A stretch of DNA of 64,000 bases from Octopus sinensis (lineage: Eukaryota). Position 1 is the first letter of the stretch. Every line of letters begins with the position of its first letter. A program made the translations under genes and the position numbers. The stretch covers positions 19,282,001-19,346,000 of the forward strand of contig NC_043016.1 in the NCBI RefSeq assembly GCF_006345805.1, read 5' to 3'. The notes beneath the pieces are model-generated. The model saw only the letters and a list, made by a program, of their open reading frames with translations. It did not search any database and was not told where the DNA came from. Positions 13,845-26,258 of the stretch are shown here, piece after piece.

Positions 13845-14610
13845 CAAGATCAAAACTTGATTACAAAAAAAAGCCAGGCTAACGTTCTTCAAAACGGTTC
13901 TGACCCTAAACGCAGATTCTGCGACACATTTGACGAAACAATAGACCATCTTGTCTCAGGATGTCCTGTACTGATACCATACGAATACAAAAATCGCCAC
14001 GATAGGGTAGGACAGTATTTACATTGGAAAATATGTAAACACTACAAAATCAGCACTCCTGACTTCTGGTATGAATAGCATCCTGAGCTGGGATTTTTCA
14101 GTCACCACTGATAGAACGATCCGGACCAGACATAATTATTTAAGACAGGGAAGAAAATACTTGTAGACTTATTGATGTAAGTGTTCCCACTGATAAAATA
14201 TATATGTGTAAAGGAATTTGACAAACTAAGTAAATATAAGGGCCTGGAAATTGAAATACAAAAGACGTAGCATCTTAAAGCGAGAACTGTTCCTGTTATT
14301 GTAGGTGCCCTAGGCATGATAAAAAAAAAAGGATGTCAGAAACATCTAAATAATATCTCAGGAGAACCATGTCTAAAAGAAATCCAAAAGAATGTACTGA
14401 CAAGTACTGCTCACATCATTAGAAAACCCCTATCCATTTAAATGTCTGTGATGTATCACATGAAGATATTTCGCTACTTCCGCTCCCCAAGCTTTCAGTC
14501 ATACTGTAACATCTCTTATCCTTCACTCGCCCCAGGACGCTAGGTGTGTCTCGGCAAGTGACTGTGACAAACATGCAGATTAAAAGTAATAATAATAATA
14601 ATAATAATAG
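13845..14610 (+). mobile_element. 3' fragment of an R4/Dong-like non-LTR retrotransposon (CCHC + RLE) with (TAA)n tail
   Basis: FCDTFDETIDHLVSGCPVLIPYEYKNRHDRVGQYLHWKIC (CCHC plus RHD), then frameshifted DVSVPTDKNICVKEFDKLSKYKGLEIEIQ..VPVIVGALG..EIQKNVLTSTAHIIRKTLSI, a 3' UTR, and (TAA)n at 14586-14610. Confidence 0.85.
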
Positions 14611-14868
14611 TAATAATAACAACAAAAACAACAAGAATTTGCGTGTGTAATCTGGGAATGCATACAATGAGTTTCTCTGCCCTAGGCGTTATATTAATGC
14701 ACATGCACATAATACACACTCAAACACATGCGCACATACATATGAACGTACGTACAATCATACATACATACATGCATATATGCATGCATGCATGCATACA
14801 TACATACATGCATGCATACATACATACATACATACATACATACATACATACATACATACATACATACA

Positions 14869-14901
<33 letters not shown>

Positions 14902-15343
14902 GTATAGTCTCTCTTAGGCAGTACTTGCTAAACAACAACAACAAAAATAAATGCATAAACGTAGTGTTGAATAGGGATGGGAACAAAATTCTGTGTATCG
15001 GCAGTGATCTCCTCAGGAAACAGTCACTTCATGACGGCCTCCCATTTAACTTCAAAACAGCCGTATTAACACACCTCAAAGAAGACCTGGATGTGAACCG
15101 CTCAGCATGACAAAAAATTCATTGATATGTTTCCCGAAGATTTGAAGAAGACAGTAATATCTACATGAAGCGAAGCCGCTCTTGAACTCGTAATCAGTAC
15201 ATCACATCACAGCACTTCGAAGGCTATCCAAGAACAGGAGATTGCTACGGAAAACTTAGTAAACAAAAGAGACAGTGAAGCCCTTGGAGTTCCAAGATGC
15301 AACCGAAAACATAGATCATATCTTTTGGAAGGCATTACAGCTG

Positions 15344-16655
15344 GTATTACCAGCTAGCCAAAAATGTCATCAAGACCCAGATGAGATTAGCAGCTAACCG
15401 AAAATATCATCAAGGTGCAAATCGGATTAGCAACTAGCCAAAAATGTCATCAAGGCGCAAATAGGATTAGCAACTAGCCAAAATTTTCATCAAGGCGCAG
15501 ATGGGATTATCAGCTAACCAAAAATGTCATCAAGGCGCAGATGGGATTAGCAGCTAACCAAAAATGTCATCAAGACCCAGATGGAATTAGCAGCTAACCA
15601 AAAATGTCATCAAGGGGCAAATCGGATTAGCAACTAGCCAAAAATGTCATCAAGGCGCAGATGGGATTAGCAGCTAGCCAAAAATGTCATCAAGACCCAG
15701 ATGGAATTAGCAGCTAACCAAAAATGTCATCAAGGGGCAAATCGGATTAGCAACTAGCCAAAAATGTCATCAAGGCGCAGATGGGATTAGCAGCTAGCCA
15801 AAAATGTCATCAAGACCCAGATGGAATTAGCAGCTAACCGAAAATATCATCAAGGTGCAAATCGGATTAGCAACTAGCCAAAAATGTCATCAAGGCGCAG
15901 ATGGGATTAGCAGCTAGCCAAAAATGTCATCAAGACCCAGATGGAATTAGCAGCTAACCGAAAATATCATCAAGGGGCAAATCGGATTAGCAACTAGCCA
16001 AAAATGTCATCAAGACCCAGATGGAATTAGCAGCTAACCAAAAATGTCATCAAGGGGCAAATCGGATTAGCAACAAGCCAAAAATGTCATCAAGGCGCAG
16101 ATGGGATTAGCAGCTAACCAAAAATTTCATCAAGGCGTAGATGGAATTAGCAGCTAACCAAAAATTTCATCAAGGCGCAAATCGGATTAGCAACTAGCCA
16201 AAAATGTCATCAAGACCCAGATGGAATTAGCAGCTAACCAAAAATGTCATCAAGGGGCAAATCGGATTAGCAACAAGCCAAAAATGTCAAGGCGCAGATT
16301 GGATTAACAGCTAGCCAAAAAGTTCATCAAGGCGTAGATGGAATTAGCAGCTAACCAAAAATGTCATCAAGGGGCAAATCGGATTAGCAACTAACCAAAA
16401 ATGTCATCAAGACCCAGATGGAATTAGCAGCTAACCAAAAATGTCATCAAGGGGCAAATCGGATTAGCAACTAACCAAAAATGTCATCAAGACCCAGATG
16501 GAATTAGCAGCTAACCAAAAATGTCATCAAGGCGCAAATCGGATTAGCAACTAGCCAAAAATGTCATCAAGGCGCAGATGGGATTAGCAGCTAGGCAAAA
16601 ATTTCATCAAAGCGCATATGGATTTAGCAGCTACCGAAAAATGTCATTAGGCGCA
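15344..16655. repeat. Minisatellite of 33 x 40-bp units (consensus ggattagcagctaaccaaaaatgtcatcaaggcgcagatg) with 120-bp and 80-bp higher-order repeats
   Basis: The 40-bp phase holds from 15344 to 16264. Unit 24 lacks 3 bp, after which the phase resumes at 16301. The last unit is partial. Stops occur in all frames and there are no spacers. Confidence 0.97.
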
Positions 16656-17045
16656 AGAGTGGCTGTGTGGTAAGAATCTTGCTTACCAACTACATGATTC
16701 CGGATTCAGCCCCACTGCATAGCACTTTGGACAGGTGTCTTCTACTATAGCTTCGGGCCGACCAAAGCCTTGTAAGTGGATTTGGTAGACGGAAACTGAA
16801 AGAAGCTCGTCGTACATATATGTATATGTATGTGTCTGTGTTTCTCTCCCCCCCACCCCCACCACCACCATCGCTTGACAACCGATGTTAGTATATTTAC
16901 ATCCTATGCAACTTAGCGCTTCGGTAAAAGTGACCGATAGAATAAGTACTAGGCTTACAAAGAATAAGTCTTGGGTTCGAATTGTTCGACTAAAGACGAT
17001 GCTCCAGAATCGTCGCTGTCCAATGACTGAAATAAGTAAAAGAAT
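16649..17045 (+). mobile_element. SINE family B, full length
   Basis: Head, CORE-like segment, internal (TA)/(TG) microsatellite and tail ending aatgactgaaataagtaaaagaata. Confidence 0.9.
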
Positions 17046-17074
17046 AAAATAATAATAGGAAAGGTACTAACTCC

Positions 17075-17600
17075 CTATGCAACATGAAGTTGTTGCAAAA
17101 ACAATATACGATGCCATTCGGAAAAGAGTCTCACAGAAAAAAATAGAGAGAGGAGTTCTGTTATTTATTACATACACAAACATGAACACAAGGAAAACTG
17201 CTGGAGAATTCCTATCAAAACTTCTATCAAGTGTAAATATAACAGTCCGGATATTTGAGACATATAAAAAAATTGCGTACCATCATAGAGGCCAGCTTCC
17301 CTGTCGATATGAATATCCCTTCAAAAGTCAAAGAGAAAAGGGATAACTAAGGACAACTTCTTTGAAACCTTTCGCTTCTATAACCGGATTATAAATTCGC
17401 ATTTATACCAATAATAATTGGTACACTTAGTTTTGTGAATATATGCCTAAATGACAGTTTGAATAACCAGGGTTTTCGGGAAGAAAAGAAATCCATCAGC
17501 TGATGCGCACATTACAAATGCAATCTGTTAGTGGAACAGTGAAAATATGCAAGACTTTTCTCAAGTTTAAAATATGGATTTGTTTTTGTTATCTACATTC
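17075..17600 (+). mobile_element. Decayed 3' fragment of a second RLE-type non-LTR family
   Basis: QHEVVAKTIYDAIRK..GQLPCRYEYPFKSQREKG..FAFIPIIIGTL..; homologous to the minus-strand element at 30340-31600. Confidence 0.7.
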
Positions 17601-17698
17601 CAAAAATAGAGCTTTGTTTCTTTGTCAGAAAGCAGCGCCTTCCTCAGAAGATTTCAAATAAAGACAGAAAAGAAATACATGTGAGTGTGTGTGTGTGT

Positions 17699-17733
<35 letters not shown>

Positions 17734-17735
17734 AT

Positions 17736-17767
<32 letters not shown>

Positions 17768-18554
17768 ACTCTCTGCCGTTAGAATCAAATTTATATCTAT
17801 ATCTGAATTACGTGTATCATTGTTGATTATTGCAATAAAAACGAGCAAGAACGAAAACAATGGTAAAAAAAACTTTCCATTCAATTGATACTAAAAGATG
17901 AGACACTGAAACACAACTACGACAACATCAGCAACGTTTTGTGTCACTCAGAGATAAACAGCTTTCAACAACAATGTTAAAATATTTTTGTTCGTTTTCT
18001 TCCATGTTTTGATGTTTTGATATATTTTCTTTTTTTTTTTTTAGTTTAGTTTAGTTTCCTTTGTTTGTTTACAATTGTGTTTGCTTTTTTTTTTTTTTTT
18101 TTTTCAAAGATGAATTCTAATCTTAGATATTAAAACTGAGTAAATTGATTGTGTAAGTATTGAGATAGTTTAACAATCTACACGTGATAATAAGATATAG
18201 GAACGTGGTGAAAAAAAAAAATCTAAAAGAAAAACAAAATGAAGTATATATATTGTCTATATGTGAGCATATAAAGTGTGTATGCGTGTGAGTGTGTTTG
18301 AGTTTCGTCAATTTTTTCAGCTTTCTATTATGTTTATAATACTCTTTATGTTTTAAACTTTAAAAGTCTTTTTCGTGTTTATGTTTTGTTTTCTCGCCGT
18401 CTTGGCTTTTCGTTTTTCTTTAATGATATCATTTATGCTATTAGCAATTATATTATTTATTATTTTCATTTAATTTTTCTAAAACAATTATTATAAATTT
18501 TATTCATTGCTTTTTAATCTTTCTGTGATATATTCATTACAAATTGTATATGAT

Positions 18555-18594
<40 letters not shown>

Positions 18595-18961
18595 ATACAC
18601 ACACACACACACGCACGCACACATAAATATACACACATACACGTTTGAGAGAGTGTGTGTACTTGCGAGTGACATGTGTGCGTTTCCGTAATATTTAGTT
18701 ATAGAGCCTATTTTTCTATATTAAATCAATTATTTTCATAATTTGAAATATTCATACACGCATACGATGTAAGGTATATGTGCGTGTATGTGTATATATG
18801 CGTGTGTTTGAGCGCGTATGTGAATGTGTGCGTGTGTGTGTGCGGGAAAGAGAGTGTGCGCGTACATACATATATATACATATTTGCACGAACATATATC
18901 TGAATATACATACATATACAAACACACAGTCACGCAAATACATAAGCGTATATGCTTATGT

Positions 18962-19105
<144 letters not shown>

Positions 19106-19499
19106 ATGTGTGTATGCATATGGATATATTATATAATTGTATATGTATAGAAGTATATATATGCGCGTATGCGTGTGTATTTATGTATATATGTATTATA
19201 TATACGCGTGTGTATATGTGTAAGTGTGTGTGTATGCAAATGAACAAAAGCATATATATAATAAATACAATCCTTATAAACTTATCTGTATATACATACT
19301 CATTTACGCATATAAGCAGAAAAACACAAATACACCCTCACACACACTCACATGCATTCACATACATCCCTGCGTGTATACATGGGTACATATACGTATA
19401 TGTGTATATAAGTTCTATATAGATATATATATGGCAAGTTGCACACATACACAGATATATGCACATACAATTAAATATTCTTACACATATATAGATATT

Positions 19500-19539
<40 letters not shown>

Positions 19540-19966
19540 CACACGCACACATATAAGCGCACAGAACCATGTATATATACTTTATAAATATACACATGTG
19601 TAAACGTATATACAGATCCGTATATATATATATATATATATAAGGTGTGTGTATGTATGTGTTCGTTTCTCTGTGTGTGTTTTCGTAATAGAAATTTCAG
19701 TAATTGTGTACATGTTACGTGTATGCGCATAAATATGTACATTCACATACACACGCGCACACACACGCATACGCACATACGCACGCAGGCACAAAAGTAT
19801 ATATATATTATATATATATATATGTAGGTATGCATGCGAATATACGAAATTGTGCATATTATAAATATATTTCTATCGAAAGATGCATATATGTTACAAA
19901 TATTTTACTTATATATATATATTCTTTTACTTGTTTCAGCCATGCGGCTACGGTCACCCTGGGCAC

Positions 19967-20000
<34 letters not shown>

Positions 20001-20027
20001 ATATATCACGTATATTCTTTTTTATTA

Positions 20028-20450
20028 TTCTTTTACTTGTGTCAGTCATTTGACTGCGGTCATGCTGGAGCACTGCCATAAATAGATTTTTTTTAAACGA
20101 ACAAATCAAGCACATGACTTAATTCTTAAGTCTAGTGCTTATTCAATCGGTCTCTTTTGTCGAACCGCTAGTTTACAGGGACGTGAACCCACCAACACCG
20201 ATTGTAAAGCTGTAAAAAGAATACATACACAAAGACACAAAAGACAAACACATACAAACACATAGATATATAAATAGATGCATAAATAATTATACACGAC
20301 GAGCTTCTTTCAGTTTCCGTCTACCAAGTCCACTCACAAGGATTTGATCGGCCTGAGGCTATAGTAGAATACAATTGCATAAAGTGCTATGCAGTGAGAC
20401 TGAACCCGGAACCATGTAATTGGGAAGCAAGCTTCTTACCCCACAACCAG
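20028..20450 (-). mobile_element. SINE family B, near full length, diverged
   Basis: Reverse complement of the family B tail (ttcttttacttg..tcagtcatttgactgcgg) through the head (..gcaagcttcttacc). Confidence 0.85.
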
Positions 20451-20480
20451 GCGTGTATATATAATATAAATACGTATATA

Positions 20481-20598
<118 letters not shown>

Positions 20599-20639
20599 TG
20601 TGTGTGTATGTAATATACACACACACACACATATATATG

Positions 20640-20955
20640 TGGCAAGTGTCTTCTACCATAGCCTCGAGCCGACTAAAGCCTTGCGAGTAGATTTGGTCAA
20701 CGGAAACTGAAAGAAGCCTGTCGTATACATATATGTATGTGTGTGTATATGTTAGTGTGTCTGTGTTTATCCCGCCAACATCGCTTGACAACCGATGCTG
20801 GTGTGTTTACGTCCTCGTAAGCTAGCGGTTCGGCAAAAGAGACGGATAAAATAAGCACTACGCTTACAAAGAACAAGTCCTGGGGTCGATTTTCTCGACT
20901 AAAAGCGGTACTCCAGCATAACCGCAGTCAAATGACTGAAACAAGTAAAAGAATA
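20640..20955 (+). mobile_element. SINE family B, 5'-truncated
   Basis: Starts ggcaagtgtcttctaccatagcc and ends aaatgactgaaacaagtaaaaga. Confidence 0.9.
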
Positions 20956-21180
20956 GGTGAAATTATATATATATAATAAATCTCTGAGCAAGGTATAAAC
21001 AGTAGCTGCACAACATCGTAAAGTATATTTGCCACTTAAATGTGGCTAACCCTTAAGGGTGGATCCTACTGTAGCTTGTAGACCCAGGAGGACACCTCCT
21101 CCAGTTGGCTATTGACACACATTCTGTGCCCTATCAGTATTTGCGAAGGGAAGTCATCCTTCCTGTTTCAACCTATGATA

Positions 21181-21225
21181 CACACGGACTCGAGCTTCTG
21201 GGTATTGACCCGTTATCTGCGTGTG
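21181..21225 (-). ncRNA. Degenerate hammerhead motif (second monomer)
   Basis: cacacg CAGATAA cGGGtcaataCCCa GAAG CTCGAG TC cgtgtg: same stems, three core substitutions, so probably inactive. Confidence 0.65.
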
Positions 21226-21535
21226 ACAATAAACCGTTGTCGATGAAAAGTAGACCTCCTTTTGCAAATATATATCCTTTTTCCAGTGACGAAAAGTTAC
21301 TGATATCGAAAAAGTGTAAACAAGCAATAATAAATCTCTGAGCGAGGTATAATCAGTAGCTGCACGACATCGTGAATTATATTTGCTACTTAAATGTGGC
21401 TAACCCTTAAGGGTGGATGCTACTGTTTCTTGTAGCCCCAGGAGGACACCTCATCCAGCTGGCTATTGACACACTTTCTGTGCCCTATCAGTATTTGCAA
21501 GAGGAATCCATCCTTCCTGTCTTTAACCTATGATA

Positions 21536-21580
21536 CACACGGACTCGAGTTTCTGGATATTGACCCGTCATCAGCGTGTG
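21536..21580 (-). ncRNA. Type I minimal hammerhead ribozyme motif (core intact)
   Basis: Minus strand reads cacacg CTGATGA cGGGtcaataTCCa GAAA C-TCGA-G TC cgtgtg: a perfect 6-bp stem I, canonical CUGAUGA and GAAA, a GUC cleavage triplet and a palindromic minimal stem III. The first stem II position is a C.A mismatch. Confidence 0.8.
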
Positions 21581-21747
21581 ACAATCAACGGTTTTCTCTT
21601 TATTATAGGCACAAAGCCTGCATACAGAGAAGACATACAAAAACATGCGGGGACATAAAAACGAATGGAAAAGGATAATGAAATGAATATAATTATGATG
21701 CAAATGAGACAGCCATCTCGCCCCCGATTCGAGACGAACCGGGAATA

Positions 21748-21867
21748 CCTTTACAATTACACTTTACAATTGACTTTACGATTAAACTTTACAATTAACT
21801 TTACAATAAAAACTTTACAAACACACTTTATGATTAAACTTTACAATTAACTTTACAATTAACCTTA
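21748..21867. repeat. Short degenerate 12-13-bp tandem repeat (ttaactttacaa), with another 2 units near 21992-22017
   Basis: Direct reading. Confidence 0.8.
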
Positions 21868-22065
21868 AAACTACCTCTAGTTTCACAGCAATGCGAAACC
21901 GTGACCTTTCCTTTCGTTTCCTGCCTTTAAAATAAACATTCATATGTGTCCTTTTTTTTCCAACAAAAATAACATTTTAAATACTTGTTTGTACGATTAA
22001 ACTTTACAATTAACTTTAGAGATGCCTACTTTTCATCGACAACCGGTGATTGTTACACCCCTTTT

Positions 22066-22370
22066 TTGAGTTTGTTTTTGAGAAGTGAGACCGATTGATG
22101 CGAAACCGCCATGTTGGGCGGTGCAAGAGAAGCTGAAGAAATGAAGACGTATGCGGAGATCGCCAAAGCGCGGGAAACCGAGAACACTTACGAGATAGAG
22201 CAAGTGAATATGGAGTGTGATATGGACAATTTGAGGAAGTACAGCAAAATGGTGAAAATAGAAGGAACGAACATAAAACTAGTCATGCCAGAAGAAGAGA
22301 AAAAGAAAGAGGAAAGAAAAACAGTAATTTTTAGAACATTTTCTAATGAGAACAGATTTGGTTTTGTAGC
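22066..22370 (+). mobile_element. Probable 5' end and ORF1 start of a LINE (L1/Tx1-like), truncated
   Basis: gccATG opens MLGGAREAEEMKTYAEIAKARETENTYEIEQ..EEKKKEERKTVIFR. The YAEIAK-type N-terminus and charged composition are typical of LINE ORF1; there is no diagnostic domain. Confidence 0.4.
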
Positions 22371-25300
22371 CTCGGCCCTCTACTAATCGAGGAATTCGGT
22401 CGGCGGAAGTTCTGCGTTAGAAATATATAGACGGCTGGTAGTGAGACAGGGTGAAGACATCTTGATAGTACCTCTAGTGAATAAGAAACAGTTTCAAGGA
22501 GAAACACTGATGGCTTGTTAATCAAGAAGGACCTAGAAACGGTGGTCTTAACAAAACTTGGCTAATTCTGATATTGATCAGCAAGCTCACGGTTAACAGT
22601 TGTCCTTTCCTTTCGCATCCAAGAAATTTACAACTCTCCAGCAAGTTGACAAACTTTTACTGTGCTGTTTTCATTGACATTAAATTCTCTTTTGAGATGG
22701 CTACAGAAAAATTGTGATGAAGAATTTCTTAGAACATCAACAAAAGCTGGAATAAATCACAACCCGTGAGTGTATTTAAATTTTAAACTAGAAATTTTTA
22801 ATTACCAATTTTTTTATTCTCCCCAAATATAAGCAACACAAGATTCAGAATTCTTGCAAAACAAATTAGAATGCACCTCAACCAATTTTTAACCCTCAAT
22901 CCGTGGCAAATATAGTCTTTCTGTTTCAAATTAGGGATGGTGTGTTCCAAATGCAGTCTGAATTATTCTTACTCTACTGGCTAGTCTTGATAATCATCGT
23001 TGTCTCCAGTTAGTAGTATTATAACTATAACCTATTTGCTAGTGTGTTGAAGCTGATTCCTTTATTTTTATATATATAGTTCTGTTATACGTATTAATCT
23101 AATGCACCTATTATTTTTCTAATGCAACTAATGCTTTTATTAGTCTAATGCGTCCTTCCTAAACTTTCTTTTCATTTATGCGAGTTGTGCTCAATCAACT
23201 TCATTAATTTCTAAGTTTGTTTTGCTTTAATTTTGTTAGCTGTTTCTTTATCTAACGTAGCGTTAGTGTTTTAGTTAATTTCCCTCTCTCCAAGGTTGCT
23301 ATGGCGCAGTGATCTAACGAACATTTTATACCAACGCTTTTAGTATATTGTCTGTATAAATGTTTCTTGTTTATCACTGATGCGTACAATTTGAGGTCAT
23401 TCATAGGAAAAATAGTAGATTTCTATTCCTTAGTGGTTGTATTCAAGTTCAGTTTACTTTAACATGCTGTTTAAAGTTATAAACACCAGGCAGGAAAGGA
23501 GTACAAAAAGAGTCCTTAGAGACTCTCTTTTCTTCTAATAGATATAAGGTTTGTTTTATTTTATTTTGTTTGGTTTGGTTTTTCTTTTTTTTTTTGTGAG
23601 AATTAGCTGCTAGTTTACACATGGCGTTTTTAGCGTGCCTGTTTATTATTGTCTTACTCGTGAAACACTGTTAAAAGCTTTCTGTTTAGTCAAATTTTGT
23701 CATATTCTTTTTCCTTTTTTTTTTTTTTCTTTTTTGCTTTTGGTTAAATAATCGATATTTACAACCAGGTGAGTTTTGCTGTATCTCTTCTTCGGGCAGT
23801 GAGTTGTTTTTTTATAAGTAGTCATTTATTTATTGTGATATTGTTGCAGTTAATGTTTTGTAAGCTATAGTAAAGATTATATGGGCCTGAAGATCTCGAG
23901 GTGGTTTTTTTTCCTTTGGCGAGTTATTTACGTTTTCTGGCTTTTCAATAAGTCGTTAAATTTTTTTGCCAGAATTTTATTATGACAGTTAAATATTCAG
24001 TTAAATGTTTGGAACTTTATCACACTCTGATACTTCCCAATTTTTTTCCTGTTTGTTTGTTTTTTAGCATCCTGGCTATTTCCTGAGTTGTCATGTACTC
24101 CCACGATTCTTCAGGTGCTCAGTTTGTTGATTGGATTAATCTCGCTTTAGCGATACCATCTCTATCCAAATTCCTTCCCAAAAGCCTTTTACTGCCCTTG
24201 CTATTGATGTTGCATAGATTTCGATTTTATTTTTTGCATAATTCTCGGTAAAATCATTTTAGGTTGAAATCGAAATATTTGTTTTGTTCAAAAAATCGTC
24301 GTAACTTTTCATACCGACGGATTATTTGAGATTTAGAGAAGATATTATTGTTTCAAGCGTTATTTGATCCAGGGTACTTCTTTTTTCATTATATCATATC
24401 TCTTTGGCATTTGTGACTTGTTTTGTGCATCTTTTCGCTATTATTTTTTTTTTTTTTTTTTGCTGGGAATTGAAATATGTTTATTTGCTATTTTTTCCAC
24501 GCTCAGGTTGTTTTCAAGGATTAGACTTTCGGAAGTGCTGACAAACACCAGTTACACGATGAAAGCGATTTAAATATAAAGATCACTGTAGAGGTGATCC
24601 TTGTCCATGAAAATGGACATGGGTCATGTCTACGGAATAAAGCGTTTTGCCGAAGAAACACAGAGACCTTTGTATTAGTTTTGATTGAACATTTCTTTCA
24701 AAAGCGATTTTGTTGTAGCTGAAATAAATAAACTCTTGACGATGATAATAAAGAAATTATGTCAGTTAAAACTTCAGTTTGCTTCACTTCCTGTTGTAGA
24801 CACTATTTCGATAGCGTTTCCAATTTTTTCCTCTTTTTTTTCAGTTTTTCAAGAGTTTTTCCTTTTTTTATATTTTTTCAGTCCAGAGTAAGTTTTCTTA
24901 GATCTCGAATTCACTCTATTCATACTTTCTGAAATAAACAAGTTAAGTTATAATAGCTTATGTAATGTCACGTATTAACTCAAAATCATCTACAAGTTCT
25001 TTCCAGGTGAGATGACCTTTAAGAAGATGCATGTTTAAAATTTTGTAAACTTTAGAATCAAAATTGTAGTGTTTATAAGATTTCTTTTTTCTTTTCTCTC
25101 TCTCTCTATCTATCTATCTCTCTCTCTCTCTCTCTCTCTCCAACTCTCTCCCTCTCTCCTCTCTCTCTCTCTCTCAAAAATTATTTCACTTGTTCATATA
25201 TTAATTTTTTTCTACCTTGTTTAAATTAACATTCAGAAATTAAAATTAAAATAACAGTTTTACATCGTTTCGAAAAATTTCTTTTCGATATCGTTTGAGG

Positions 25301-25679
25301 AAAAATTTAAAATTAATCTCATGAAAAGTACAATTCCAGATGCTATGTTAAATTATTCAAAATTATAGTCAAAAAGTAATTTTGAAAACATAATGTGACT
25401 ATTTTAGTCTGAAGTTTTAATTAATCCAGTCATTTTGCTGGAAAAATTTGTAAAAATGCTTTCTTATATTGTTGTTGCTGTTGTTGTTAGTGTTACAGCC
25501 GATACTTTATTTTATACTGAAGCATCTTTTAATAACTACATCACTTGTTTCTGTTTATGGAAATATTTTCCCAATGAAGCTGTTGTTTTGTTGTTGTCTT
25601 CTAACCTTCGGGGATTTACTTAAACCATTGAGAAATATAGAGATATCTAAGAAGCCTGCCAATATGTATTTGTGAGGTA

Positions 25680-26258
25680 TGTGTGAGTGAGTGAATGAGT
25701 GAGTGAGTGGTTGAGTGATTGAGTGAGTGAGTGAGTGAGTGAGTGAGTGAATGTATGAGTTAGTGAGTGAGTGAGTGAGTGAGTGACTGACTGACTGACT
25801 GAGTGTCTGAGTATGTGAGTGAGTGGAGTGTGTGAGTGTATGAGTGAGTGAGTGAATGCATGAGTTCGTGAGTGAGAGAGTGAGTGAGTGAGTGTATGAG
25901 TGAGTGAGTGAGTGTAAGTTAGTGAGTGTATGAGTGAGCGAGTGAGTGAGTGAGTGAGTGAGTGAGTGGTGAGTGTTGAGTGGGAGGGTGGGTGGGTTGG
26001 TGGTGAGTGAGTGAGTGTGTGAGTGAGTGGATGGGTGTGTGAGTGAGTTAGTGAGTGTGTGAGTGAGTGACTGAGTGAGTGTATGAGTGAGAGAGTGAGT
26101 TAGTGAGTGTGTGAGTGAGTGACTGAGTGAGTGTATGAGTGAGAGAGTGAGTGAGTGAGCTAGTGAGTGGGTGGGTGTGTGAGTGAGTGAGTGACTGAGT
26201 GACTGAGTGAGTGAGTCAGTGAGTGAGTCAGTGAGTGAGTCAGTGAGTGAGTCAGTGC
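25680..26258. repeat. Degenerate (GAGT)n tetranucleotide array
   Basis: Direct reading. Confidence 0.95.

Larger units (their letters stand above)
20974..21590 (-). mobile_element. Tandem ~355-nt repeat (about 1.75 monomers) carrying hammerhead ribozyme motifs; retrozyme-like or Penelope pseudo-LTR
   Basis: 20974-21236 aligns with 21328-21590 (period 354-355). No ORF of recognisable homology. A hammerhead motif lies at the same position in both copies. Confidence 0.8.

Noticed and set aside
15344-16655. CRISPR array or coding repeat
   Set aside because: Units are contiguous with no unique spacers, no cas genes are present, and the context is eukaryotic. The 40-bp period shifts frame and every frame hits stops.
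22650-22771. Candidate host exon (..RWLQKNCDEEFLRTSTKAGINHNP|gtgagt)
   Set aside because: There is a good donor but no convincing in-frame acceptor and no recognisable homology; it cannot be supported without RNA data.
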